A model generated the notes under the pieces. It saw only the letters and a program-made list of their open reading frames with translations, had not been told where the DNA came from and ran no database searches. This document shows positions 43,590 through 55,188 of a stretch of DNA of 64,000 nt, piece after piece; the stretch's first letter is position 1; the number at the start of each line of letters is the position of its first letter. Both the position numbers and the translations under genes were made by a program. The DNA is from Gemmatimonadaceae bacterium (GTDB lineage Bacteria > Gemmatimonadota > Gemmatimonadetes > Gemmatimonadales > Gemmatimonadaceae): the NCBI GenBank assembly GCA_035494615.1, contig DATJGU010000118.1, forward strand, positions 7,044-71,043. Reading direction: 5' to 3'.

Positions 43590-45260
43590 TCATCCCGCCC
43601 CCGCGGCGAGGGGGAGCGCGCGCTCGATCAGCGCCTCGAGCGGCGCGGTCGTCGGCAGCGTCCCGAACGCGACGCCATGCCCGCGCCCGAGCCGGCTCTC
43701 GCAGTACGCGTCGGCGATCGCGACGTTGCCGCCGCGCACGAGGCACGACGCCTCGAGCGCCATCGCCATCCGCTCCACGAGCCGCCGCGACTGCGCCTCG
43801 AGGTCGTGGTCGTTCGCGAGCGCGGTGCGCAGCGCGCGCGTCTCGGTGTCGAGCAGGCGGTTCCCGCCCCGTACCGCATCCAGCTCGGCGAAGAAGGCCT
43901 CGCCGCTCTCCGGCTCGCGGCGCAGCGCGCGCAGCACGTCGAGGCACTGGATGTTGCCGCTGCCCTCCCAGATCGAGTTGAGCGGCGCCTGGCGGTAGAG
44001 TCGCGGCAGAATCGACTCCTCGACGTAGCCCGCGCCGCCGAGGCACTCCTGCGCCTCGTTCACGAAGGGCGGACACCGCTTGCAGACCCAGTACTTGCCG
44101 GCCGCGGTCGCCACGCGCGCGAGTGCGCGCTCCCGCTCGTCGCGCGCGCTCGCGTCCACCGCGCGCGCCACGCGCAGCGCGAGCGCCGTCGACCCTTCCG
44201 ACTCGAGGGCGAGGTCGGCCAGCACGTTGCGCATCAGCGGCTGCTCGGCCAGCACCGTGCCGAACGCGCGCCGGTGCCGCGCGTGATGCACGGCCTGCAC
44301 GAGCGCCTGCCGCATGATGCTCGCGGAACCGACGAGGCAGTCGAGCCGCGTCAGCATCACCATCTGGAGGATCGTCGCGATCCCGCGACCCGGCTCGCCG
44401 ACCATCCACGCCAGGGCACCCGTGAACTCCACCTCGGCGCTCGCGTTGCTCCAGTCGCCGAGCTTGTCCTTGAGCCGCATGATCCGCACGGCGTTGCGCG
44501 CACCGTCCGGCGCGAACCTCGGCAGGAGGAAGCACGAGAGTCCCTCGTCCGCCTGCGCGAGCACGAGATGCGCATCACACATCGGCGCGGAGAAGAACCA
44601 TTTGTGCCCCACCAGCTCGTAGAGCGCGCCGGCTCCCGGCGCACTCACCGGCGTCGCACGCGTCGTGTTCGCGCGCACGTCGGAGCCGCCCTGCTTCTCG
44701 GTCATCCCCATGCCGACGGTGTTCCCCGCCTTGTCCGGCGCGGGGATCGAGCGCCCGTCGTACGTGGTCGCAAGGACGCGCGGCAGCCACTCGCGCGCAA
44801 GCTCCGGTTGGGCCTCGAGCGCCGGCACGCAGGCGTACGTCATCGTGAGCGGGCAGCTCGTTCCCTGGTCGGCCTGATTGTGCAGGTACGTCAGCGCCGC
44901 GCGCGCGACGTGTGCTCCCTCGCGCCGTGCATGGCGCCAGGCGAAGCTCGTCACACCGTGCGCGACGGCGAGCTCCATCAGCCGGTGATAGGCGGGATGA
45001 AACTCGACGTCGTCGCGGCGGTGGCCGTAGCCGTCGAAGGCGCGGAGCTTCGGCCGGTTCTCGTTCGCCGCGACCCCGAGGGCCATCTCCTCGCCGCCGG
45101 TCACGAGGCCGTACGCGGCGACGTCGTCTTCGGCCCAAGCGCCTCCCTCGCGCGCGAGCGCCTCGCGGAGGGGGAGGTCGGTGGCGTAGGCGTCGTACGG
45201 CGCCAGTGGCGGCGGCTGGTTCTCGACGTCGTGCGTGCGGAAGCGGTCCGCCAGGGGCAT
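43590..45260 (-). CDS. aidB: AidB-like acyl-CoA dehydrogenase family protein
   Basis: 556 aa. CPLTMTYA, GMGMTEKQGGSDV, HKWFFSAPMCDA and LGGAGYVEE are characteristic of the AidB subgroup. Confidence 0.85.
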   Translation of the reverse strand: MPLADRFRTHDVENQPPPLAPYDAYATDLPLREALAREGGAWAEDDVAAYGLVTGGEEMALGVAANENRPKLRAFDGYGHRRDDVEFHPAYHRLMELAVAHGVTSFAWRHARREGAHVARAALTYLHNQADQGTSCPLTMTYACVPALEAQPELAREWLPRVLATTYDGRSIPAPDKAGNTVGMGMTEKQGGSDVRANTTRATPVSAPGAGALYELVGHKWFFSAPMCDAHLVLAQADEGLSCFLLPRFAPDGARNAVRIMRLKDKLGDWSNASAEVEFTGALAWMVGEPGRGIATILQMVMLTRLDCLVGSASIMRQALVQAVHHARHRRAFGTVLAEQPLMRNVLADLALESEGSTALALRVARAVDASARDERERALARVATAAGKYWVCKRCPPFVNEAQECLGGAGYVEESILPRLYRQAPLNSIWEGSGNIQCLDVLRALRREPESGEAFFAELDAVRGGNRLLDTETRALRTALANDHDLEAQSRRLVERMAMALEASCLVRGGNVAIADAYCESRLGRGHGVAFGTLPTTAPLEALIERALPLAAGAG

Positions 45261-45448
45261 CGGTTCACCTCGACCGCGATGTGTACCTCATAGTAGCCGA
45301 GAAACTGCCGGAGGAGGCAGGCGGAGAGTGCAGGCGAAGGAGGAGGCGTCCGGTCTGCCGTTCGACTCGCCAGGGTGCAGCGTGGCGGGCCCATCGGGGC
45401 AGTGCCGACGTGCTCTCCGTGGCTGCTCCTCCGAGGCAAAGGCCGAGC

Positions 45449-46555
45449 TCAGGACGCGTCGAACAGGTCGCGGTACTGCTTCGGCTGCGACCGCCAGTAT
45501 TGCGGCGGCGCCTTCACGCGCGCGCCGAGGTGGGCCGCGGCGTGCCACGGCCAGCGCGGATCGTACAGGATCGCCCGCGCGAGCGCGACGAGATCGGCGT
45601 CACCGGTCGCGACGATCGCCTCCGCCTGCTCGAAGCCCGTGATCAACCCGACGGCGACGACCACGAGTGACGTCGCCTGCTTCACGGCGCGCGCGAGCGG
45701 CACCTGATAGCTCGGGCCCACCGGGATCCGCTGCGCCGGCGAGAGCCCACCGCTCGACACGTGCACCACCGCGCACCCGCGCGTCTCCAGCGCCTGCGCG
45801 AACTCGATCGTCTGCTCGAGGTCCCACCCGCCCTGCACCCAGTCCGTGCCGGACACACGCACGCTCACCGTGCGCTCGGGAGGGAACGCCTGACGCACCG
45901 CGTCGAACACCTCGAGCGGAAACCGCATCCGGTTGTCGAGGCTCCCTCCGTACTCGTCGGTCCGTCGATTGGAGAGCGGCGAGAGGAACTCGTGGAGGAG
46001 GTAGCCGTGCGCATTGTGGAGCTGCACCGCGTCGATGCCGATGCGCGCCGCTCGGCGCGCCGCCGCGGCGAAGGCCTCGCGCACGCGCCGCAGCCCCGCG
46101 CGATCGAGCGCGCGAGGCGGATGCAGCCCCTCCGCGAACGGGATCGGCGAGGGCGCCTCGGTCTGCCACCCGTTCGGCGCGTCCGGCGGGATCTGCAACC
46201 CGCCCTTCCACGGCACCTCGCCCGAGGCCTTCCGCCCCGCGTGCGCCAGCTGGATCGCGATGGGCATGTCCGACCACCGCCGCACGCTCGCGAGCGTCCT
46301 CGCCATCGCGGCCTCCGTGTCGTCCGACCAGAGGCCGACGTCGGCGTAGGTGATCCGTCCCTCCGGTGCCACGGCGGTCGCCTCGATCGTGAGGAGCGCC
46401 GCACCGGACAGCGCGAGATGGCCGAGATGGATCAGGTGCCATTCGGTCATGCAGCCGTCGACCGCCGAGTACTGGCACATCGGCGCGATGACGATGCGGT
46501 TGGCGAGCTCCAGCTCGCCGCTGCGCAGGGGGGTGAAGAGGTGTGGCGTGGACAT
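45449..46555 (-). CDS. NADH:flavin oxidoreductase (Old Yellow Enzyme family)
   Basis: Trimmed to the ATG at 46555. LANRIVIAPMCQYS, AIQLAHAGRKAS, HNAHGYLLHEFLSPLSNRRTDEYGGS. Confidence 0.9.
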   Translation of the reverse strand: MSTPHLFTPLRSGELELANRIVIAPMCQYSAVDGCMTEWHLIHLGHLALSGAALLTIEATAVAPEGRITYADVGLWSDDTEAAMARTLASVRRWSDMPIAIQLAHAGRKASGEVPWKGGLQIPPDAPNGWQTEAPSPIPFAEGLHPPRALDRAGLRRVREAFAAAARRAARIGIDAVQLHNAHGYLLHEFLSPLSNRRTDEYGGSLDNRMRFPLEVFDAVRQAFPPERTVSVRVSGTDWVQGGWDLEQTIEFAQALETRGCAVVHVSSGGLSPAQRIPVGPSYQVPLARAVKQATSLVVVAVGLITGFEQAEAIVATGDADLVALARAILYDPRWPWHAAAHLGARVKAPPQYWRSQPKQYRDLFDAS

Positions 46556-46614
46556 GTCGCGCTCGCTGAGATTCGGAGACGTCCGAGAACTGCGCACGTT
46601 CGCGGCCGGCGCGC

Positions 46615-47337
46615 TCAGCCCGAGGCCGTGTCGCCTGACGGCTGCAGGTCGCAGAACGCGAATCGCTCATCGCGCAGCACCACCTCGCCGGCGCGCACGC
46701 GGATCGGCGCGGAGTACACCGGTCCCGCGGACACGAACGTGTGGAACTCGCCGCGTTCCCCGCACGGATCCACGCTGGCGGGTAGATCGGCGAGGAGCTG
46801 GCGATCGAACTCGCGGCCGGCGAACGATGGGGCGAGCTGCTGCGTGTCGACGCACACGAGCGTCGCACGAAACCCCGCCGCGATGAACTCCTGGGCCAGC
46901 GCCGCCGTGTCGCGTCCCCAGAGCGGGAAGAGCGGCTCGAACGCCGTCGGCTGGAGCAGCCGCTCGCGATACGCGCGGACGTCCGCGAGGAAGAGGTCGC
47001 CGAACGCGACTCGGCGCACGGCAGGATACGTCGCACGCACGCGTGCGAGTCCGTCGAGGAACGCGCGCTCGTAGGCGTCGTTGGACGACTGCGCCTCGAG
47101 CTCGACGTCGAACAACGGAAGACCGGCGCGCGACGCCTGCGCCGCGACGAGCGCGCGCCGCACGCCGTGCATGCTCACGCGCTCGTAGCCGCGCGTCACG
47201 CTCGTGAGCAGGGCGACGACCTCGTATGCCGGATCGGCCCGCAGCGCCGCGAGCGCGAGGCTGCTGTCCTTGCCACCGCTCCAGCTCAGCACGATCGGTT
47301 CGCGCGTCACATGCCCTCGCACCTGGACCGCACGCAT
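46615..47337 (-). CDS. Dph6-related ATP pyrophosphatase (adenine-nucleotide alpha-hydrolase fold)
   Basis: PP-loop LSWSGGKDSSLAL and CGERGEFHTFV. Start is ATG at 47337 or GTG at 47310. Confidence 0.8.
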   Translation of the reverse strand: MRAVQVRGHVTREPIVLSWSGGKDSSLALAALRADPAYEVVALLTSVTRGYERVSMHGVRRALVAAQASRAGLPLFDVELEAQSSNDAYERAFLDGLARVRATYPAVRRVAFGDLFLADVRAYRERLLQPTAFEPLFPLWGRDTAALAQEFIAAGFRATLVCVDTQQLAPSFAGREFDRQLLADLPASVDPCGERGEFHTFVSAGPVYSAPIRVRAGEVVLRDERFAFCDLQPSGDTASG

Positions 47338-47363
47338 GATACGCGGACGGCCGTGCCCTGTCC

Positions 47364-47399
47364 TTGACAGGTGACCATTTGGTCACGTATTATGTCGCC
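47364..47399 (+). promoter_or_regulatory. sigma70-type promoter with embedded palindromic operator; predicts a leaderless ArsR mRNA
   Basis: TTGACA (47364-47369), 18-nt spacer, TATTAT (47388-47393). GTGACC ATTT GGTCAC lies in the spacer (47371-47386). The ATG at 47400 is 7 nt after the -10 element and has no SD. Confidence 0.6.
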
Positions 47400-47726
47400 A
47401 TGACGGACGACGACGACCGCGTGTTCAAGGCGCTCGCGGATCCGACCCGACGGTTTCTCCTCGACCGGCTGTTCGCGCGCGATGGGCGCACGCTCACCGA
47501 GCTCGAGTCGGAGCTGGCGATGACCCGGTTCGGCGTCATGAAGCACCTCCGCGTGCTCGAGCAGGCGGGGCTGGTGGTGAGCCGCAAGGTCGGACGCGAG
47601 AAGCTGCACTTTCTCAACGTCGTGCCGATCCGGCTCATCCACGACCGATGGATCGACAAGTTCACCGAGCGCCGCGTGTCGGCGCTCACCGATCTCAAGA
47701 AACGATTGGAGGAGGAATCGGCATGA
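47400..47726 (+). CDS. ArsR/SmtB-family transcriptional regulator
   Basis: VFKALADPTRRFLLDRL...LTELESELAMTRFGVMKHLRVLEQAGLV. The track start at 47364 is the -35 hexamer and is rejected. Confidence 0.9.
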   Translation: MTDDDDRVFKALADPTRRFLLDRLFARDGRTLTELESELAMTRFGVMKHLRVLEQAGLVVSRKVGREKLHFLNVVPIRLIHDRWIDKFTERRVSALTDLKKRLEEESA

Positions 47727-48247
47727 CGGCAACGGCACCGGCCGACGCGGCCAGCACGACGCAGATCTACCGCATCTTCATCCGCGCCACGCCGCAGGCG
47801 ATCTGGACGGCGATCACCGATCCCGAGTGGACTCAGCGCTTCGGCTACGGGCTCCGCGACGAGTTCGAGCTGCGTCCGGGCGGCACGTATCGCGGGCACG
47901 CGAACGCCGGCATGCTCGCGATGGGCGCGCCGGAGGTCGTCGTCGACGGCGAAGTGATCGAGGCGGACCCGCCGCGCCGGCTGGTGATCACCTGGCGCAT
48001 GGCGATGGATCCCCGGCTCGCCGCGGAGGGGTTCACCCGCCTCACCTACGAGATCCTCGAGGGCAAGGGGGGCGTGAGCCGGCTCAGCGTCATCCATGAT
48101 CTCGCGCAGCGTCCAGGCCACGCGGCGATGGTCGCCGGCGACAAGCAGGGTCCGGGCGAAGGCGGCGGCTGGCTGTGGATCCTCAGCGACCTCAAGTCGG
48201 TGCTGGAGAACGGACGTCCGCTGACGACGGAGCAGGTCTGGGGCTGA
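47723..48247 (+). CDS. SRPBCC/AHSA1-domain protein
   Basis: ATGA overlap with the ArsR stop. IFIRATPQAIWTAITDPEWTQRF...RLSVIH pattern. This is the typical ArsR partner. Confidence 0.85.
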   Translation: MTATAPADAASTTQIYRIFIRATPQAIWTAITDPEWTQRFGYGLRDEFELRPGGTYRGHANAGMLAMGAPEVVVDGEVIEADPPRRLVITWRMAMDPRLAAEGFTRLTYEILEGKGGVSRLSVIHDLAQRPGHAAMVAGDKQGPGEGGGWLWILSDLKSVLENGRPLTTEQVWG

Positions 48248-48285
48248 GGGTGCGGTGAATCCAGCGTGGAGTAGCTTTCGCGATC

Positions 48286-49323
48286 ATGCGGAAGCTGCTC
48301 CTGCTGGTGGCCGTGCTGCTCGTCGTCCACGTGGCGCTGCTCTTCCGCCATCCCGCCGGCGCCGCGCGGCCCCCGGCGGGCGACGCGATCGACGTCGGCG
48401 TCGTGTTCGACCTCGGCGGACGCGGCGACAAGTCGTTCAACGACGGCGCGTACCTCGGCGCCGAGCGCGCCGAACGCGAGCTCGGTGTCCGCGCACGGTT
48501 CATCGAGCCTGGCGAGGGCTCGGATAGAGAGTCGGGCCTCCGGCTGCTCGCCGCCGAAGGGATGGACCTCGTCGTCGGCGTCGGCTTCATCTTCAGCGAC
48601 GATCTCACGCAGCTGGCGAAGGAGTATCCCGAGACGAAGTTCGCCGGCGTCGACTTCGCCCTGGCGACGAACCGCGCCGGCCGCATCGCCGAGCCGCCGC
48701 CGAACCTCGCCGCGCTCGTCTTCCGCGAGGAACAGGGCTCCTTTCTCGTGGGCGCGCTCGCCGCGCTCGTCGGCAAGTCGAAGCAGGTGGGCTTCGTCGG
48801 AGGGATGGATTCGCCGCAGATCCGCAAGTTCGAGGCGGGCTACGCGGCGGGTGTGCACCATGTCTGTCCCGATTGCACCGTGATCGCGCAGTACGCCGGC
48901 GTCACGCCGGAAGCGTTTCGCAATCCTGGCCGCGGCAAGGAGATCGCGCTGTCGCAGTATCAGCAGGGTGTCAACGTGATCTTCCACGCCTCCGGATCCA
49001 CCGGACTCGGCGTGCTCGAGGCGGCGCGTCAGGCGAACAAGCTCGCGATCGGCGTCGATGCGGACCAGTACAGCGAGGCCCCGGGCTACGTGCTCACGTC
49101 GATGGTGAAGGGCGTCGACAACGCGGTGTACGACATGATCCGCCGCGTGCAGGCGCACCGCTTCACCGGCGGCATCCATCGGTACGGCCTGGCCGAGCAG
49201 GGTGTGGGCTACGTGTACGACCGCAACAACGAGACGCTGGTCCCTCCGGACGTGCACGCGACCCTCGAGGCGCTCCGCCGCGACATCGTCGCCGGCCGCA
49301 TCGTCGTCCCCACCGAGCGCTAG
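48286..49323 (+). CDS. BMP-family ABC transporter substrate-binding protein
   Basis: GGRGDKSFNDGAY, GFIFSDD, FREEQGSFLVGALAA, IGVDADQ. Confidence 0.9.
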   Translation: MRKLLLLVAVLLVVHVALLFRHPAGAARPPAGDAIDVGVVFDLGGRGDKSFNDGAYLGAERAERELGVRARFIEPGEGSDRESGLRLLAAEGMDLVVGVGFIFSDDLTQLAKEYPETKFAGVDFALATNRAGRIAEPPPNLAALVFREEQGSFLVGALAALVGKSKQVGFVGGMDSPQIRKFEAGYAAGVHHVCPDCTVIAQYAGVTPEAFRNPGRGKEIALSQYQQGVNVIFHASGSTGLGVLEAARQANKLAIGVDADQYSEAPGYVLTSMVKGVDNAVYDMIRRVQAHRFTGGIHRYGLAEQGVGYVYDRNNETLVPPDVHATLEALRRDIVAGRIVVPTER

Positions 49324-49380
49324 CCGAGTGCTCCGCGCGCAACGGGCGGCGCGCCGCGCGCGTTGACCTTCGGCCTTCGC

Positions 49381-50933
49381 ATGCGAGACTCCCCTCCGGG
49401 CCTCCCCCCTTCTCCCCCCTCGCTCGTGCGAATGCGCGGCATCGTGAAGTCGTTCGGCACGGTGCAGGCGACCCGCGGCGCCGAGCTCGAGGTCGCACGC
49501 GGCGAGATCCATGCGCTCGTCGGCGAGAACGGCGCGGGGAAATCGACGCTCGTGCGCGTGCTCGCCGGCATGTACGCGCCGAACGCCGGCACGGTCGAGG
49601 TGGACGGCCGCGACGTCACCGGATGGACGACCGCCGGCGCGATCGCCGCCGGCGTGGGGATGGTGCATCAGCACTTCATGCTCGTGCCGACGCTCACCGT
49701 GGCGGAGAACGTCACGCTCGGCGCGGAGCCGCGCCGCGGGCTCGCGCTCGACCGCGCCGCCGCCGAGCGCGAGGTGCGGCGGCTGAGCGAGGAGACGGGG
49801 CTCGACGTGCCGGTCGGCACGCGCGTCGCGGAGCTCTCCGTCGGCCAGGCGCAGCGTGTCGAGATCCTCAAGACGCTGTATCGCGGCGCGCGGCTCGTCG
49901 TGCTCGACGAGCCCACGGCGGTGCTGTCGCCACCCGAGGTGCGCGAGCTCTGGCGCGTGCTCGAGCGGCTGCGCGACGCCGGCGGCACGATCGTGCTCAT
50001 CACGCACAAGCTCGACGAGGTGGTCGAGATCTCCGATGCCATCACGGTGATGCGTGCCGGTCGCACGGTCGCGCGCATGGCGACGCACGACGCGACGCCA
50101 CAGGCGATCGCCCGCGCGATGGTCGGGCGTGACGTCGTGCTCGCGGCCGACGCGGCCGAGACTCGACCGCCGGCGACGGACGCGCGGCCGCCGATGCTCG
50201 AGGTGCGCGATCTCGTCGTGGAGCGCGCGCCCGGTCTGCTCGCGGTGCGCGGGGTGTCGCTCGCCGTCGCCGCCGGTGAGATCCTCGGCGTGGCCGGCGT
50301 CGAGGGGAACGGGCAGCGCGAGCTCGTCGAAGCGATCGCCGGACTGCGGCCGGCGACGTCGGGAACGATCGCACTCGGCGGCCGCGATCTCCGCGCGCTC
50401 GACGTGCGCCGGCGCGGCGACGCGGGGATCTCGCACGTCCCCGAGGACCGGCACGAGCGCGCGCTGGTCCTCGACTATTCCGTCGCCGAGAACCTCGTCC
50501 TCGGCCAGCAGCACCGGTTCACGCGCGGCGCGATGCTCGACGGGCGGCGGATCCTCGCGCACGCGCGCGAGCTGATCGCGCGGTACGACATCCGGCCCGC
50601 CGACCCGTCGCTCGCCGTGCGCGCCCTGTCGGGTGGGAACCAGCAGAAGGTCGTCGTCACGCGTGAGCTCGCGCGCGACTTCCGCGTCCTGCTCGCCGCG
50701 CAGCCCACACGCGGGGTGGACGTCGGCGCGATCGAATTCATTCACGCGCGGCTGCGCGCGGCGCGCGACGAGGGAAAAGCGGTGCTGCTCGTTTCCGCCG
50801 ATCTGGCCGAGCTGCTCGCGCTCTCGGACCGCATCGCCGTGATGTACGGCGGCCGCTTCGTGGCGACGTTGCCGCGCGGCGAGGCGTCGGCGGAGGCGCT
50901 CGGCGAATACATGACGGGCGTGGAACACGCGGC

Positions 50934-50937
<4 letters not shown>
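49381..50937 (+). CDS. ABC transporter ATP-binding protein (duplicated ABC domains)
   Basis: GENGAGKSTL, LSVGQAQRVEILK, VLDEPT, second LSGGNQQKV. Start uncertain (ATG 49381, GTG 49426, ATG 49432). Confidence 0.9.
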
Positions 50938-52066
<1,129 letters not shown>

Positions 52067-52070
<4 letters not shown>

Positions 52071-52951
52071 GCGTGCTCGCCTATCTCGCGGCGACGCTGC
52101 GCATCGCGGTGCCGTACCTGCTCGCCGCCGCGGGCGGCGTGATCACGGAGCGCGCGGGGCTCATCGGGCTGACGCTCGAGGGGTACATGCTCGGCGGCGC
52201 ATTCTGCGCCGTGTGGGCGACCTTCGTCACCGGTTCCCCGTGGATCGGCGCGGGTGCCGCGGTCGTGGGCGGAGCGGCGCTCGCGCTGCTGTACGCGGTC
52301 AGCTCGATCCGCTTCCGTGCCGATCAGGTGGTCGTCGGCATCGCGATCAATCTGCTGGCGATCGGGCTCACGCGGTTTCTGCTCCGGCTCTTCTTCGATT
52401 CGTCGTCCAACTCGCCGCGCGTCGGCGGGTTCGTCGTGCAGGGGAGCGGCACCGGCTTCGGTGCCCTGATGACGAATCCCCTGGTGTGGGCCGGCGTGCT
52501 CGTCGTGCCCGGCGCGGCGTGGCTGCTCTACCGGACGCCGTTCGGGCTGCGCGTGCGCGCGGTGGGGGAGCATCCGGCAGCGGCCGCATCGGTCGGCGTG
52601 GCGGTGGCGCGCGTGCGCTACCTCGCCGTGGCGCTCAGCGGGGTGCTCGCGGGGCTCGGCGGCGCGTATCTCGCCCTCGACCAGCACCAGTTCACCGACG
52701 GGATGACCGCGGGCCGAGGCTTCATCGCGCTGGCTGCGACGATCTTCGGGCGTTGGGATCCGGCGCGGGTCGCGCTCGCCTGCCTGCTCTTCGCGGCGGC
52801 GGAAACCCTGCAGATCCGGCTGCAGGGAACGCAGGCGCTCCCGTCGCAGCTAGTCGAGATGCTACCGTACCTGCTCACGATCGTCGCCCTGGCGGGGCTC
52901 GTGGGTCGCGCCGTCGCCCCGGCGGCGCTCGGCAAGACGACGATCGAATGA
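52067..52951 (+). CDS. ABC transporter permease
   Basis: GTGA overlap with the upstream stop. ERAGLIGLTLEGYM and VVGIAINLLA motifs. Confidence 0.9.
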
Positions 52952-54264
52952 GGGTGGGAAACGGAATGGAAGCGAAGGGGAGCCGCGGCAAGCTGGTGAT
53001 CCTGATGATCACGGCCTTCATCGACATGGTGGGGCTGTTGATGGTCATCCCGCTGCTGCCCTTCTACGCCAAGACCCTCGGCGCGGGCGGCCTCGTCGTC
53101 GGGACGCTCATCAGCTCGTTCGCCATCGCGCAGCTCGTCAGCGCGCCGATGTGGGGACGCTTCTCCGACGCGTACGGGCGACGGCCCGCGCTGCTCGTCG
53201 GGCTCGGCGCGTCGGTGATCGCGTATGTCATCTTCGCCTATTCGCTCTCGCTGCCGCATCCGCTCTTCTTCCTCTTCCTCTCGCGGATCGTGCAGGGGGC
53301 GGGCGGCGGCACCGTGAGCGTGATCCAGGCATACGTCGCCGACGCGACGGCGCCCGAGGAACGCGCCAAGGCGCTGGGCTGGCTCTCCGCGGCGACGAAC
53401 GCCGGCGTGGCGATCGGGCCGCTCCTCGGCTCGGCGACGCACAGCTGGGGGGACCGTGGACCCGGCCTCGTGGCGGCGACGCTCTGCGGCCTCAACATCG
53501 TCTTCGCCTGGCGCTATCTCCGCGAGTCGCGCGACATGATCGAGGCCGCCGAGTCGAAAGCGGACGTGACGAAGCGTGCCCGCTCGCGCGAGGCGATCGT
53601 GCGCGTCGTCAGCCACTCGGGGCAACCGGCGTCGCGACTGATCTGGATCTACGCCATCGCGATCGGCGCGTTCCAGGGGGTGATGTCGATGCTCGCGCTG
53701 CTCCTGTCCGCGCGCTTCGGCATCACGGAGAACACGATCGGCTTCTTCTTCGCCTACATCGGCGCGTTGAGCGTGGTGACGCGCGCGCTGATTCTCGGCC
53801 GCATGGTCGACCGCTTCGGCGAGGCACGGCTGACTCGCATCGGTCAGGTCCTGCTGGCGACGGGGATCGCGCTGCTGGCGTTCATCCGTCCGCTCGCCGA
53901 TCCGGCGGCGGTCGCGGCGATGCTCGGCGGCGTGCTGCCGGCGCGTGCGGTCGAGCTGCTGCCGTACCTGCCGCTCGCGATCGCCGTGGCGTTCCTCCCG
54001 CTCGGCACGGCGTTCACCTTCCCCTGTGTGACGTCGCTCCTGTCGCGCGTGATCTCGAGCCGGGAGCGCGGACTGTACATGGGCGTGCAGCAGACGTTCG
54101 GCGGACTCGCGCGCGTGATCTTCCCGATCCTGTTCGGCTTCCTCTACGACCGCAGCCACGGGCTGCCCTTCCTCATCTCCGCCGCTCTCGTGCTCTGCAC
54201 CGTCTATCTCGGCCTCGGCATGGATGCGTACGCGCGCACCGACGCGAAAGCCGCGGCGGCGTAG
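52948..54264 (+). CDS. MFS transporter
   Basis: ATGA overlap with the upstream stop. MFS loop motif GRFSDAYGRRP. 12 predicted hydrophobic segments. Alternative start at 52966. Confidence 0.85.
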   Translation: MRVGNGMEAKGSRGKLVILMITAFIDMVGLLMVIPLLPFYAKTLGAGGLVVGTLISSFAIAQLVSAPMWGRFSDAYGRRPALLVGLGASVIAYVIFAYSLSLPHPLFFLFLSRIVQGAGGGTVSVIQAYVADATAPEERAKALGWLSAATNAGVAIGPLLGSATHSWGDRGPGLVAATLCGLNIVFAWRYLRESRDMIEAAESKADVTKRARSREAIVRVVSHSGQPASRLIWIYAIAIGAFQGVMSMLALLLSARFGITENTIGFFFAYIGALSVVTRALILGRMVDRFGEARLTRIGQVLLATGIALLAFIRPLADPAAVAAMLGGVLPARAVELLPYLPLAIAVAFLPLGTAFTFPCVTSLLSRVISSRERGLYMGVQQTFGGLARVIFPILFGFLYDRSHGLPFLISAALVLCTVYLGLGMDAYARTDAKAAAA

Positions 54265-54327
54265 GGAGGGCTCGAGCATCTCGCGGACAGGGCGGAGGTG
54301 GGGCGCGAGAGCGCGCAGCGCGGCTGA

Positions 54328-55125
54328 CTAACGATCGGCGCCGAGGAAGTCCTCGAGGAGATCGGCGAAGGCGCGCACGGTGCGGTCGGAGACGTGGGGG
54401 AATCCGATCTCGCCGAAGAACTCTCCGTGCCCGCCCGGAAGGACGCACAGGCGCGCGTTCGGGAGGAGGCGCGACAGCGCCAGCGCGTGCTCGACCGTCA
54501 CGACGTCGCGATCGCCCACCGTCACGAAGGCGGGCGCCTCGATCGCGCGGAGCGCGTCGTCGGGGATGTCCTCGAACGCGAGCATGCGCCGGCTGTCGCG
54601 CTCGAACAGCGCGTGCACGCCCCCGTCGTCGCCCGGGTTGATCTTCAGGTACTCGTCCTTGTAGAGCTGCGGCATGTCGGCGAAGGTGCCCTGGGCCATC
54701 ATCTCCCAGAACCCGTCCTGCATCCCGGCGCGCGAGTAGTTGGCCGACGCGACCACGAGCCGGCGTACCTTCGCCGGATGGCGAATCGCCACCTGGAGCG
54801 CCGTGGTACCGCCGTTGCTGAAGCCGAACACGTCGGCGCGATCGACGCGCAGCGACGCGAGCAGCGCGGCGACGTCGTCGGCATCCTGCGCGAAGGTGAA
54901 CGGACGGTCGACGTCGCGCGTGTGGCCGTGCGCCTGAACCTCCACGGCGATCACGCGGTGCGTGGCCGCGAGGAGCGGGAGCAGCCGGCCGAAGGTCGTC
55001 CCGATCGTCGAGCCGCCGCCATGGATGAGGACGAGCGGCAAGCCCGTCGCCCCATGGAGCTCGTAGTACAGGCGCAACCCGTTGACGATGCCGTAGCCGG
55101 AGAACGATGGAGTCGGATGCGGCAT
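54328..55125 (-). CDS. alpha/beta hydrolase
   Basis: HGGG oxyanion region LVLIHGGGS, nucleophile elbow GFSNGG, C-terminal His region PGGHGEF. Confidence 0.9.
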   Translation of the reverse strand: MPHPTPSFSGYGIVNGLRLYYELHGATGLPLVLIHGGGSTIGTTFGRLLPLLAATHRVIAVEVQAHGHTRDVDRPFTFAQDADDVAALLASLRVDRADVFGFSNGGTTALQVAIRHPAKVRRLVVASANYSRAGMQDGFWEMMAQGTFADMPQLYKDEYLKINPGDDGGVHALFERDSRRMLAFEDIPDDALRAIEAPAFVTVGDRDVVTVEHALALSRLLPNARLCVLPGGHGEFFGEIGFPHVSDRTVRAFADLLEDFLGADR

Positions 55126-55188
55126 CTGGCGTGGTGCGTGGCGCCTGGCGCGTGAGTCGACGGCTTGCTGCAGCGACGACGCTTCGCG

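Noticed and set aside
48046-50928. 960-aa minus-strand ORF, and the similar 57840..60776 plus-strand 978-aa ORF
   Set aside because: Both are antisense to ABC-transporter genes that have unambiguous Walker/EAA motifs, and both have low-complexity Arg/Asp/His-rich translations.
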